Virus record (IMG/VR): IMGVR_UViG_3300033417_000015
Span: 1-46,214 of that record
Reading direction: 5' to 3' (one strand)
Length of the DNA stretch: 46,214 nt
From: a virus
Taxonomy: Duplodnaviria > Caudoviricetes
This document shows, one piece after another, positions 15,100 to 24,498 of the stretch (the stretch's first letter is position 1; each line of letters opens with the position of its first letter). The notes below the pieces were generated by a model. It was not told where the DNA came from, did not search any database, and saw only the letters and a program-made list of their open reading frames with translations. A program made the position numbers and the translations under genes.

Positions 15100-15657
15100 C
15101 TACGCCACCTCGGCAATGTTGGCGGGCGGCATGACGGTGATAGCGAGGCGCGCGGGGTGGGTGATGATGTTGTACAGCCCCCACGTTTCATCATCAATTG
15201 CCTGGATGGTTAGTTCCGGCGACGTGAATGCGCCGTATTCGCCCTGAAAAAAGACGTAGTTGGACATGATCTTACATTTAGGCAAGAATAACCACGCATC
15301 ATCCGCCCCCGCGCCATTGGCCTTGATGATGGCCCCGAAGTAAGGCATCGGGTCGCCGCCCACGCCCTGCAGTTGCTTGACGCTGGAAATCGTGGTCACA
15401 CTCTTGCCGGTCAACACGGCCAGCATCGTCAGATTAAGGCCGGAAAAGCGCAGCTGCAGTTCCACGCCCTCCAGCACCGCGGCCGTGCCTGTAATCCTGT
15501 CGTCGCCGCGGGCCATCGCACTGACCAACTGCGCGGTGCCGCGTGCCATCTCCACGCTCATTACATCGGTCAACGATCCGTAGTCGTCGGTGGCATTAAA
15601 CGTCGCCACTTTAGTGTCATTGACTCCGAACGGTAAATCACCTTGCTCATACGGCAT
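15100..15657 (-). CDS. Major tail (tube) protein
   Basis: 185 aa; RGDD...LAVLTG...PYFGAI...LFLPKCK...GAF pattern of siphovirus tail tubes. Confidence 0.8.
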   Translation of the reverse strand: MPYEQGDLPFGVNDTKVATFNATDDYGSLTDVMSVEMARGTAQLVSAMARGDDRITGTAAVLEGVELQLRFSGLNLTMLAVLTGKSVTTISSVKQLQGVGGDPMPYFGAIIKANGAGADDAWLFLPKCKIMSNYVFFQGEYGAFTSPELTIQAIDDETWGLYNIITHPARLAITVMPPANIAEVA

Positions 15658-15680
15658 AAAAAATCATCCTTTCTTGCTGC

Positions 15681-16823
15681 CTACGCATAGGCGGCGTGCA
15701 TATCCTGTGTCGTCACTTCGCTCGCATTGAGCAAGTCTATGAGGGCAGACGCCGCGTGCGTCCACGTCTGGTTGTCCCTAATCCACGCCGCGGCTTGCCG
15801 TCCAAACTCAGCGGCCTCCGTTGGTCGCTCATAACACCAGCGCATTTTCTGCGCCAGTTCCGCTACATCCACCACGCGCCATTCCCCCAAGCTGGTGCTG
15901 CGCTCACGCGGAATGGGCTGCATCACCCCCTTTTCCACCACGATGGCCCATTCATGTGCATCGCTTAACCCACTGTACGCTTGGGTGATGACGGGCAAGC
16001 CTTGACATGCCGCCTCTCTATGAATCATGCCCCACCCTTCGCTACGGCTGGGCAAGACCAAACAATCTGCCTGCGCGTAGAGCATTGCCATGTCCGCTAC
16101 ATCCTCGCCTTGATAGACAATGCGCTTGTCAGCGTCCACGGCCCCGGCCATCACCGTCGTCACATTGTTGTCATCCGGGCGGTATTTGATGAGCAAGCGC
16201 ACATCCATCGTGCCAGTGGTTTTGCCGCCAAAGGCCAGATAAAACGCGTCCCAGACTTCGTGCCAGCCCTTGCGCTCGTTGCGGTCGGCAAAGGTGAGGA
16301 AGGTGTAGGGCTTGGCCGCATCGCGCGGTTCTGTGCGTAGCGGAAACTCTGCCGGGTCGGTGCCACCATGCACCACGGAGATCGGCGCGGTCACACCGCT
16401 GTTGGCGAACGCATCGGCGTTGTGTTGGCAGGGCACGATCACGCGTTCCACGCCGCTGTTATTGATAGTGTCCGCCCAATCCGGCGGCAGGATGCTGCCC
16501 TCGGTCATGCTGAATAGCCAGTGCCTTCGCGCAGGTGGGCGATATGGCTGCCCTTTGGCTAGGATTCGATCATCCCCGTAAAGAATTGGAGTGAGTTCTG
16601 GCGGCGGCGGAATTGGTTGCAACATAAACGGTGGCGCACAAGTGATGGTCAGGCGGCTCCAGTCGATGTTGAGTTGCTCTAGCAGCCACGGCGGACGGTC
16701 TAGCTCGCCGATGTGCAGAGCGCGTACATCAGCACCAGCCTGTTGCAAGGCGCGGATGAGGCGGCTGTTCCATCTTCCGTATCCATCGCGTTGGTCGAAA
16801 TACCCTATATGATTCAGCTTCAT
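15681..16823 (-). CDS. Glycosyltransferase, GT-B / family 4-like
   Basis: DGYG N-terminus, RKG motif, ADCLVLPSRSEGWGMIHREAACQGLPVI (EX7E). Confidence 0.92.
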   Translation of the reverse strand: MKLNHIGYFDQRDGYGRWNSRLIRALQQAGADVRALHIGELDRPPWLLEQLNIDWSRLTITCAPPFMLQPIPPPPELTPILYGDDRILAKGQPYRPPARRHWLFSMTEGSILPPDWADTINNSGVERVIVPCQHNADAFANSGVTAPISVVHGGTDPAEFPLRTEPRDAAKPYTFLTFADRNERKGWHEVWDAFYLAFGGKTTGTMDVRLLIKYRPDDNNVTTVMAGAVDADKRIVYQGEDVADMAMLYAQADCLVLPSRSEGWGMIHREAACQGLPVITQAYSGLSDAHEWAIVVEKGVMQPIPRERSTSLGEWRVVDVAELAQKMRWCYERPTEAAEFGRQAAAWIRDNQTWTHAASALIDLLNASEVTTQDMHAAYA

Positions 16824-17269
16824 GCGGGCTGCCTCAGAGAAACCAATAGGTAGTCGTCTCTTTGCATATGTACGTCCATTAGATTCGGCGCATCCATCAG
16901 CCCTAGTCCGGGCTGGAACGTCGCCGCGTACGCGTCGTCGAAGTGATGCCCCTGCGTGATGGCAAAGACGCGCTTAGCGATGGCCACCACCGCGACGGCG
17001 GTCAGCGCGTAGATATAGACCTCTAGCCGCTGCGCCACATCAACTAGCTGCTCCGCTTCATCCATCACCCTGTACTGTGGCACGACCGCCGCTTCACGGA
17101 TAACGATACAGGCGTTGAAGCTGCCGCCCGCCCACACCGCGGGCGTCTGCGCGGCGTCGGTCACGCCAGCCACCGTAAGGTCGCGGTCAGCATAGATGCC
17201 GCCTGGCACAAGCGCGGGCAGCGACGCGTCGGCACGCAGGTAGGCTGCAAATTCCGTTTCGCGTGTCAC
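16820..17269 (-). CDS. Putative tail terminator protein
   Basis: Neck-module position and size; LRADASLPALVPGGIY N-terminus. Confidence 0.6.
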   Translation of the reverse strand: MTRETEFAAYLRADASLPALVPGGIYADRDLTVAGVTDAAQTPAVWAGGSFNACIVIREAAVVPQYRVMDEAEQLVDVAQRLEVYIYALTAVAVVAIAKRVFAITQGHHFDDAYAATFQPGLGLMDAPNLMDVHMQRDDYLLVSLRQPA

Positions 17270-17940
17270 AACACCACCTCATGCGCTGCCAACGCATCCA
17301 CAAGCGCCATTAGGTCGGTCACATATTCAGCCGGCGGCGTAAAGCCGTACTTGGCTTCGATGTCCGCGCGCATCTGCTCACGGTCGCCGGTAGCTAGGTC
17401 AGTTATGCCCGCGTAATGTTTCGCGTTGCCATCATGGATAGGCGGCAATGCGTCGGGTGCGGGCAGCCCCAAGCGCGCCAGCAACGCTCTGACCGTGGCG
17501 TGGGGGCGCATAACAAGGCTCTCGTAATTCACAACCTCATAGGGCAAGTCAAGCTCGGCAAGGTCGCGAAAGATTTGATGATAGGCATGGCGAATATTGG
17601 CAGTGGCGGTCATGCCATCGGGCGCGTGCGGGGCGGCCAATTGTGAGGCAATCATCGCGTGCCAATCGCGGCTCATCACCAGCACCATCGGCGTGTAACC
17701 AGCTACGTCAAGGCGCAATAGCATTTGCCCGATGTCCGGCCATCGCTTGTCATGCGGTAGGCTGCGCCGCCAGGCGATGCCGGGTGCATCCCCGATATCG
17801 CGCATCCGCGGGATCTCCGTATCCAGCCGCTGCACATGCCCATCATCGCCGTGGCAGCCCGCGGCGATGAGCAGCCGCGTCATCAGGCGCGTGCCGGAGG
17901 ACTCCGGGCCGAGTACGAGATAGGCGCGCTTATTGCTCAT
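17266..17940 (-). CDS. Sulfotransferase-family protein
   Basis: 5'-PSB-like LVLGPESSGTRLMTRLL, 3'-PB-like VMSRDWHAMIASQ, and VNYESLVMRP. Confidence 0.85.
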   Translation of the reverse strand: MSNKRAYLVLGPESSGTRLMTRLLIAAGCHGDDGHVQRLDTEIPRMRDIGDAPGIAWRRSLPHDKRWPDIGQMLLRLDVAGYTPMVLVMSRDWHAMIASQLAAPHAPDGMTATANIRHAYHQIFRDLAELDLPYEVVNYESLVMRPHATVRALLARLGLPAPDALPPIHDGNAKHYAGITDLATGDREQMRADIEAKYGFTPPAEYVTDLMALVDALAAHEVVL

Positions 17941-18302
17941 GTTTGCCCCATTCTGGCGATGGCCTGCACGCCACCCGGCACGGCGACCGTATCCACGACG
18001 CGATAGGTGTCGCCGTCATAGGTAAACGTATAGCCCTCGTTGATGTCCGTATCTGCTAAAGTTGCGTGATCCTTGATGCCGAAAACGACAAGATGCCGCT
18101 GCGGGGCCGCGCCCGCCAAGCCAGCGACCAACGAGGCGCGGTTGTCGCTCGTGGCACGCACCGTCTGCGCGGCCAGCGTCGCCGCGGGCGTCACGTTGCC
18201 TGCGCCATCGTTGGTGGCGGGCTTCGTGAACACGACTGACGACGGCTTACGTTGTATCTTGGCCCAGATGCGCTCAGCGCGCGCAGCGTTGCTAATTGGC
18301 AT
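17937..18302 (-). CDS. Head closure / head-tail joining protein
   Basis: Position; DINEGYTFTYDGDTYRVV motif. Confidence 0.7.
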   Translation of the reverse strand: MPISNAARAERIWAKIQRKPSSVVFTKPATNDGAGNVTPAATLAAQTVRATSDNRASLVAGLAGAAPQRHLVVFGIKDHATLADTDINEGYTFTYDGDTYRVVDTVAVPGGVQAIARMGQT

Positions 18303-18311
18303 AGTTCACCC

Positions 18312-18677
18312 CTACGGATACCAGCGACGATTTGAAGCCCGCGCCAGCCCAAACAACGCGGGCCGCTGCCCCACGGGGATTTCCACCGCGGCAATGGCCT
18401 CATCCAGCAGCCCCTGCCAGTAGTCAAGCAACGCTTTCTTGGCATTGGCGATCTGGCTCAGCCGCTCCGACTCTTCGTTCTGAGTGTAGTCCGCCGCGTT
18501 GGACGCGGACGCCCAATCGACGCGGATGATCAGCACACGCGCACCCGCCTGCGTGCCCGCGTCGCCCCATTCGTCCTGGGCCGCGACAAACGTCGCTTCG
18601 GCGTCCGCGTCGGGCAGCGTGGTTGCAGTGCGTCCGGTATCGTCGCGCAAGGCGGCGTAGAAGTCTTCGTAAGCCAT
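18312..18677 (-). CDS. Head-tail adaptor protein
   Basis: Position after capsid; LRDDTG...DYTQNEESERLSQI pattern. Confidence 0.7.
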   Translation of the reverse strand: MAYEDFYAALRDDTGRTATTLPDADAEATFVAAQDEWGDAGTQAGARVLIIRVDWASASNAADYTQNEESERLSQIANAKKALLDYWQGLLDEAIAAVEIPVGQRPALFGLARASNRRWYP

Positions 18678-18686
18678 CAGCCCCCC

Positions 18687-19142
18687 TTACGCGGCCAATT
18701 CCGCCAACGCCGCGCGCAAACTCTCCACCGTGGCCTTGCCGATGGTGGTCACCGCGATCAGGTCATCGTCGGTCGCCGCGGTCAGCGCGTCGCGGTCAGC
18801 ATAGCCCGCGGCGGTCAACGCCCTTTGCTGTTCCGCGGTCAAGCCAAGCCCCGCCAACGACGACGTTGGTATGGTCTCGCCACGCGCCGCGGCGATCTCC
18901 GCGTCGATCTCTGCCTTCGTTTTGCGCTTGGGCAGCGGTTCTTTGGATGCCGCCTTTGGCGCGTCCACCTCAACCAGCGCCCCGCGCGCCAGCTTGCGTT
19001 CGACCGCGAGCGTGCGCGCGACCTGGACGGGGGTGCCTGTAGTGGCAACCCAGGCTTCGCCGTCGGGATGGTCGCGATGTTTTTCCGAAAGCGCAACCCG
19101 CCCGTCATCGCGACCGGGTTGCACCCAGATTAGATCAGCCAT
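18687..19142 (-). CDS. Capsid-adjacent protein with C-terminal helix-hairpin-helix domain
   Basis: ALTAAGY...LTAATDDDLIAVTTIGKATVESLR. Confidence 0.75.
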   Translation of the reverse strand: MADLIWVQPGRDDGRVALSEKHRDHPDGEAWVATTGTPVQVARTLAVERKLARGALVEVDAPKAASKEPLPKRKTKAEIDAEIAAARGETIPTSSLAGLGLTAEQQRALTAAGYADRDALTAATDDDLIAVTTIGKATVESLRAALAELAA

Positions 19143-19151
19143 AATCCCCCC

Positions 19152-20375
19152 TTAGAAAGTGAGTGTTAGCGTTCTGGCAGCCGAGCCATCCATCACGGAA
19201 AACCCCATTACCTCACTCATCACGAGTACATTGGTTTGATTTGTTATATATCTCTCGCTCTCGGTAATGTCGCTGCCAATCTCCGTCACCATCTCCAATC
19301 CAAAGCGACGGTCATAACCCAAGATGACATTGGCTGCCACATCATCCGTCCAGCCATAACGCACGCTGTCGGCGGTCATGTTGATTGGCGTCAACGCCAT
19401 GCCGCGCCCGCCCAGATTTGCCCCGGCCAGTGGCACGTTGCCGCTGCCTGTATTGAGTAACATCAGTTGCAGGGCCGCCGCCGAACGCATCAACGAATGC
19501 GTCAGCGCATAGGGCTGCACAAACAACATACCAAAGGCGAACCAGCCTTTGAGCGTCAGCGTGCCACTGACCGCCGCGGCGTCAAGCGTGTTGAGCGCCA
19601 CGTTGGTGGCGGCGTTGCTGTTGCCGTCACCGTTGATCAGCACGTCAATCGCCGCGCTCACCTTGTCGATTTCATCCTGCAGCGCGGCGAACTGAATCCA
19701 CCACGCCAGGCGATCCACACGCAGACGCCGCTGCGCCTCATAGCTCAACTGGATGCCACGGGCATATTTTTCCAGCTTGATGGCATGTTCGGCCTCAACG
19801 AGCTTACCCAGCGGAATGTCAGCCGCCTCACCGACGCGGTATTTGCGTACCTCGGTGGCGTCATACTGGATATAGGCGGCGCGGTAGTCGCTGCCGGTGA
19901 CGGGTGTCGTGACCGCCACCAGTTCCGACAGTGGAATGGCCGCGGCGACGCGATCCTCCCAGCGCACCATGGCGGCCTCGGCATAAGGGCGATCCCAAGA
20001 GCCGACGATACTGTCGCTGGACAGCACCACTGCGCGTTGTTCGGCACGCGGCGCATAGGCTACCTTGCGATACTGCCGCGCAAAGAACTCCGGGTAGAGC
20101 GCGCGCCCGACAGGGTTATCGGTGAAGGCCGTGGACATACTGGCCCATTGGTTGGCGGCGGGGTCACTGCGCGTCATAATCCCCGCCGCACGCAGTTGAC
20201 GCTCAAAGGCGTCGAGGTTGTCGCCTTGCTCGGATGGGTTGAGCGTCTCCAGAAAACGCCCAAACGAAACGCCTGCTTTGATGGCGTCGCGATGAATCGT
20301 GATCGCCGCCTCCGGCTCGGTCAGCCGCTGATGCAGCTCGGCGGGCGACATCGATTTGACTTGTGCTTGTGCCAT
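19152..20375 (-). CDS. Major capsid protein (HK97 fold)
   Basis: 407 aa from ATG 20375 with GGAGG SD; RVGEAADIP...KYARGIQLSYEA...LINGDGN. Confidence 0.88.
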   Translation of the reverse strand: MAQAQVKSMSPAELHQRLTEPEAAITIHRDAIKAGVSFGRFLETLNPSEQGDNLDAFERQLRAAGIMTRSDPAANQWASMSTAFTDNPVGRALYPEFFARQYRKVAYAPRAEQRAVVLSSDSIVGSWDRPYAEAAMVRWEDRVAAAIPLSELVAVTTPVTGSDYRAAYIQYDATEVRKYRVGEAADIPLGKLVEAEHAIKLEKYARGIQLSYEAQRRLRVDRLAWWIQFAALQDEIDKVSAAIDVLINGDGNSNAATNVALNTLDAAAVSGTLTLKGWFAFGMLFVQPYALTHSLMRSAAALQLMLLNTGSGNVPLAGANLGGRGMALTPINMTADSVRYGWTDDVAANVILGYDRRFGLEMVTEIGSDITESERYITNQTNVLVMSEVMGFSVMDGSAARTLTLTF

Positions 20376-20424
20376 TATGTTTGGCCCTCCTGTGATAATC
20401 GCCCTGCGGCGAGTGAAAGTATGC

Positions 20425-20844
20425 CTAGAGCTTGACCACCACCGCGGTGGCGTCACTGGCGTCGATAATCATGCCGCGGCTTACCGTATCCTCGGTGCTG
20501 ACGGCTTGAATGTAGCCCTCCGCCGCACCCGAAGCCAAGTCGCCGACGATCTTCAAGCCTGCGGTCAAGGTGGCGCTATCGCCGCCTGGCAGGGTCATAA
20601 AGCCCGCGTGCTGTACGCTGCAAAAGCCGTCGCTATCCACGCTGAGCAACTTACCTAACACGTTTTCGCCGCTACCCGCCAGGGTAATCACGTTGTCGCT
20701 TTCGATGCTCACCGCCAAGCCAACTTGCGCCGCGCCACCCGCAAGCGTGGCGTCATAGACGATGGTGTCATCATGGACAAAAGTCGCGACCTCGTGCGGC
20801 TTTGGCCCCAACTGGAAACTGTTTGCTGCTCTGGGATCGGACAT
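20425..20844 (-). CDS. Head decoration / capsid cement protein
   Basis: Small Gly/Ala/Val-rich gene directly upstream of the capsid gene. Confidence 0.7.
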   Translation of the reverse strand: MSDPRAANSFQLGPKPHEVATFVHDDTIVYDATLAGGAAQVGLAVSIESDNVITLAGSGENVLGKLLSVDSDGFCSVQHAGFMTLPGGDSATLTAGLKIVGDLASGAAEGYIQAVSTEDTVSRGMIIDASDATAVVVKL

Positions 20845-20911
20845 CTTGCTCTACCTCCTGTATTAAATCTTACTTTCGGTTCAACTGAGCGCGGGACGCC
20901 GCGCCGCTGTG

Positions 20912-21430
20912 TTAATTGTTACTCGCCGCCACCTGGTACCAGCCGCCATCGGCCCACACCAACGTGGCGCTGTCCCCAGCGCCCAACGCGATATTGCCCG
21001 CGCTGATCAGCCCGGTCGTCTCGCTGATGGTAATGGTTTGCGCGCCGATGTTGACCAGGATTAGATAGTCAGTGGTGTGGACGATCTCCGCACCGCCATC
21101 GATGCTGACCGCGCCCGCCGACTCCAGCGGCTGCAAGCTGCCGGTGGGGGTGAGCGTCGCGTTCATGGTTAGTGAAATCGCGTCCTGTGCGGTGATGTTG
21201 ACAAAATCGCTCACCGTCAACTCGGTTAACGTTGTGTCGCCGGTCAGCGTCAGATCGCCCGCGACGGTGGCGTCATCGCCGACGATCAGGTCGCCCGCCA
21301 ACACCACCGTGTCGAAGTTGGTCACGCCGCTCTGCGCGTCGGCGGGGCTGGGACGCGCATACAGCAGCAACACTGCGACCAACAGCAGTGGCAACAGCAA
21401 CGCGCCGAGCATGTTACGAATTCTGTGCAT
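20912..21430 (-). CDS. Signal-peptide-bearing beta-rich protein inside the head module
   Basis: MHRIRNMLGALLLPLLLVAVLLLYARPSPADA (n/h/c regions, AxA site); GDL-repeat beta strands; AGGAGG SD. Confidence 0.8.
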   Translation of the reverse strand: MHRIRNMLGALLLPLLLVAVLLLYARPSPADAQSGVTNFDTVVLAGDLIVGDDATVAGDLTLTGDTTLTELTVSDFVNITAQDAISLTMNATLTPTGSLQPLESAGAVSIDGGAEIVHTTDYLILVNIGAQTITISETTGLISAGNIALGAGDSATLVWADGGWYQVAASNN

Positions 21431-21441
21431 AACGCCTCCTA

Positions 21442-22752
21442 TTAAGAACGGTAAGCCGCGTCAGCCACGAGCGGTGCAGCTTCCACTTGGGCCGGTTCGT
21501 CGCCGTCGTTGGTCTGCCGCCCCCCCGCGAAGCGCGCATCGCCCGCGGCCTTCCAGTCGTCGCGCATGCGCTTGACTACCTTGAGTGGCGCGCCGCGCAA
21601 CTGCTCTTCGTAGGTCTCGCTGTCGAAGTCTTGGCCGAGCGCGCGCACCCCCTCAGCCAACGCCTCAGCCACGAGGTCATTGCGGTAGGCGTCGCCGTCC
21701 GCCGCGCGCGGCTCCAACGCCGAGACGCGCTTGGCGAGTTTGTCCGCCGCGCTGAGCGCGTCGGCTTCCGTGGCTGCCTCGCGCCGCTCTTCCGTCAACA
21801 CCCCGGCGCGAATCAGGGTATCGACCAACTGCCCAAACTGCTGCTCATTCATGCGTGTTACCTTTCCGGGCTGTTGCCCCTGGTTCGCTGCCGCGCCATT
21901 TGCGGCAGGGTCTGACTGTATATCCACACCCGCGTGCCGTTTTTGCAGCGCGGGCAAAGCTAACATACGTGCGGTCGTGGCTTTGTCGAGGCGATAGACG
22001 ACTTCGGCGTGGCGAACGTCGTCGATGGTGAGCGCGCCTTGACTCGCTAGCTCATAGACCTTCTCGATCATCGCCCCCGGCGTTGCGCCCTTGTAAACGC
22101 CCGAAACCTCAGCCAAGTGCGCGCCGTCAATGCCCACGGTTGCCAGCAGTTGCCGGATCACCCCGTCCTTCTCCTCCTCATAGGTAAAGCCCGCGATATG
22201 GCGGCATCCTCCGCGCCAGTAATCCTGGCCGCAGATGTCGCAGATCATAGCCCGTTGCCCATACCAACCAATCGAGAGGTAACGCGTCAGCCCGCCGCGG
22301 ATGCCGTTGATCAGGTCGTCGGTGTCAACGGTTTGGATCGTCATGCGTGAAAGCGTGTAAAAGTCGGCGCGCACGATGGACACCAAGTCCGTCGCGTAGG
22401 CGACGTTGGCGGGGGCGTTGTCTGTCCCGGCCTGCTCGGATAACTCGCCGGTCAAGCTGCCGCCGATGGGCAAATGTTCGTGGTCGTGGCTAGGCAGGAA
22501 GCCCACACCCGCCGCGGCCTCGCGCGCATAGTTTTGCAGGCTCGACAAAAGCATCCGTGTGTAATAACCGTCGAGCCGCGATGACGAAATCTCGCCGCGG
22601 AAGAAATAGGGTGGATGCTCTTCCAGCACGGCGGTATCCAGCACGCGGTCACGCCGCAAAATATCGTTGAGCGTGGCAATGCGGGCGGCGTCGCCCACGG
22701 CGCGCACTTGGATCGGGAAAAAGAGGCGTTCAGACGTGTCTTGTTCCGGCAT
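21442..22752 (-). CDS. Prohead protease / scaffold
   Basis: Between portal and capsid; HDH...SIGW...CDICG...CRH...EVSGVYKGATPGA; helical C-terminal scaffold. Confidence 0.85.
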   Translation of the reverse strand: MPEQDTSERLFFPIQVRAVGDAARIATLNDILRRDRVLDTAVLEEHPPYFFRGEISSSRLDGYYTRMLLSSLQNYAREAAAGVGFLPSHDHEHLPIGGSLTGELSEQAGTDNAPANVAYATDLVSIVRADFYTLSRMTIQTVDTDDLINGIRGGLTRYLSIGWYGQRAMICDICGQDYWRGGCRHIAGFTYEEEKDGVIRQLLATVGIDGAHLAEVSGVYKGATPGAMIEKVYELASQGALTIDDVRHAEVVYRLDKATTARMLALPALQKRHAGVDIQSDPAANGAAANQGQQPGKVTRMNEQQFGQLVDTLIRAGVLTEERREAATEADALSAADKLAKRVSALEPRAADGDAYRNDLVAEALAEGVRALGQDFDSETYEEQLRGAPLKVVKRMRDDWKAAGDARFAGGRQTNDGDEPAQVEAAPLVADAAYRS

Positions 22753-22761
22753 AGTTGCCTC

Positions 22762-22977
22762 CTATGGCAAGTTCACGCACACATTGGGCGCGGGCGGGGC
22801 ATGGCGGGGGTCTGACATTGGTTGCTTTTTGCCGATGCTGTCAACGGCCTGCATTGCCGCGCTAGTCAAATGGTCGATTTCTGCACCACTCAATTCGCGC
22901 GGCGTGATGCTGGATAGGTACGACCAAATGGCCTTGCGTGCCTGTTCGCGTGCTAACTCATTTGTGTCCGTTGCCAT
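22762..22977 (-). CDS. Small hypothetical protein (MATDTNEL...)
   Basis: GGAGG SD; overlaps the portal stop by 20 nt. Confidence 0.55.
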   Translation of the reverse strand: MATDTNELAREQARKAIWSYLSSITPRELSGAEIDHLTSAAMQAVDSIGKKQPMSDPRHAPPAPNVCVNLP

Positions 22978-24496
22978 TTGACGCACCCTCCCTGGTTGCT
23001 TGTATAAGCTCAAAAACGCGTTGGGCGACTTGCTCAACGTAACGGTCGCTGTTTTGGTCAAGCGCCTCGTTGCCATCCCCATCGTCACCCGGCACATCGT
23101 CATCCTCGTCGCCATTTGAGGCAGCCTGGCTCGGCGCTGGCCCCACCGCGACTTCGCCGGTGATCTCTTCGCTGGCCTGGTCTTGCGTGATGAAACCCTC
23201 GTTGCGCTTGGTGACGGCATTGGCAATCTGCAGCGTCTCAGTCTGTGCGTCGCGCATGGCCTCAGCCGCGCGCAGTTCGGCAAAGCGAAACTTGACCTTG
23301 GCCTGGATGCCCTGCGCTTCGAGCGCCAGCGTCAAGAGCCGCTCCAAGAGCGTCTCGGTGTAGTGCTGAATTGACTTGATGCCCGCGGCGTAAATTTCCC
23401 ACTGCCGGTTACTTTGCGTCTCGGTGTTCGATTCGCTCAAACCCATCATGATCGGCATCGACTTGAGCGCGCGTGTGATCATGCGCTCCAAAGCGGCGAT
23501 CAGCCCCTCGATGCCGCCCAAGCTGCTCGCATCCACCGCGCCCACAGGTCGGTTGAGCGTGAAATGGTCGGTGTGGATATAGGCATCGTCGGGCTGCAGC
23601 GTCTTGTAATAGTCCGCCACGCCGTCCAAAACTTGCTGGATGATCGCCGCCTGCTCTTCGTCGGTGTCGGCGGCGTCCAGTTGCGGCCCCAGCTTGGCGG
23701 TGTCGGCGCTGATGTCCAACCGTGGGTAGCCCTGCTGCTGCACCACGCGGCGAATGTCATGCAACATGCCCAAGAGGAAGAGGCTGACAAAGAGCGCGGG
23801 CGCGGCGAGGGCGCGTCCATAGGGGCTGTCGGGGAAGGGGTCAATCGGCACATAACGGATCGTGGGGCGATCCAGCGACACGAATTGACCATCCTGCCAT
23901 TGGCCGGGCTGCCACACCAGGCCGCGCACGGGGTCAGCCACACGGCGGAAACGCACCGTAATCGGGTCAGGCACCACCAGGTCAACCGGCAGCCGCCCGT
24001 TGCCATCTAGCACCAATTCGGCAAACTCCGCGCCGCGTAGAAAGGCGCTCATAAAGAGGCGACCAATCACCACATCGACGGAGCCGTAATAGTCGTCGAG
24101 CTTGTCCATAAAGGCATTGGTGGCGGCTTGCCCGCGCGCGTGCGGAATTTCGTTGCCGGAGGCGGTGACGCGGTTAGCGGTCGCCTCCCAACCAGGGTTG
24201 CACATGCGGTGGAAATCCCAATAGGCACGCGAGACTTCCGGCGATAGATCGGTCAGGACTTCGAGCAAACGCGCGGGCGACAGATGTTCGAGAAAATCAC
24301 GATTGGCGTGCAGTACCGTCCAGGCGTCGTCAAAGCGATCCGGCGGCGCAACTACCAGCGCGTTGGGCAGGAGGCCGAAGCCCTCTTCACGCGTGACGCG
24401 TCCACGCGGGGCGCGGATGCCGACGATGGGCATGGCGCGGATGGCGCGGACGGGGCGTTGCCAGAACTTCCACCAGGGTCGCGTCGTTCTCGCCAT
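22958..24496 (-). CDS. Portal protein
   Basis: 512 aa directly after the large terminase; FLRGAEFAELVL, SPYGRA, acidic C-terminus. Confidence 0.85.
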   Translation of the reverse strand: MARTTRPWWKFWQRPVRAIRAMPIVGIRAPRGRVTREEGFGLLPNALVVAPPDRFDDAWTVLHANRDFLEHLSPARLLEVLTDLSPEVSRAYWDFHRMCNPGWEATANRVTASGNEIPHARGQAATNAFMDKLDDYYGSVDVVIGRLFMSAFLRGAEFAELVLDGNGRLPVDLVVPDPITVRFRRVADPVRGLVWQPGQWQDGQFVSLDRPTIRYVPIDPFPDSPYGRALAAPALFVSLFLLGMLHDIRRVVQQQGYPRLDISADTAKLGPQLDAADTDEEQAAIIQQVLDGVADYYKTLQPDDAYIHTDHFTLNRPVGAVDASSLGGIEGLIAALERMITRALKSMPIMMGLSESNTETQSNRQWEIYAAGIKSIQHYTETLLERLLTLALEAQGIQAKVKFRFAELRAAEAMRDAQTETLQIANAVTKRNEGFITQDQASEEITGEVAVGPAPSQAASNGDEDDDVPGDDGDGNEALDQNSDRYVEQVAQRVFELIQATREGASNGNGHK

Positions 24497-24498
24497 GT

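Noticed and set aside
19467-20435. 322-aa plus-strand ORF, and similar long antisense ORFs over terL, the lysin and the tape measure gene
   Set aside because: Shadow frames expected in GC-rich coding DNA; no motifs or RBS.
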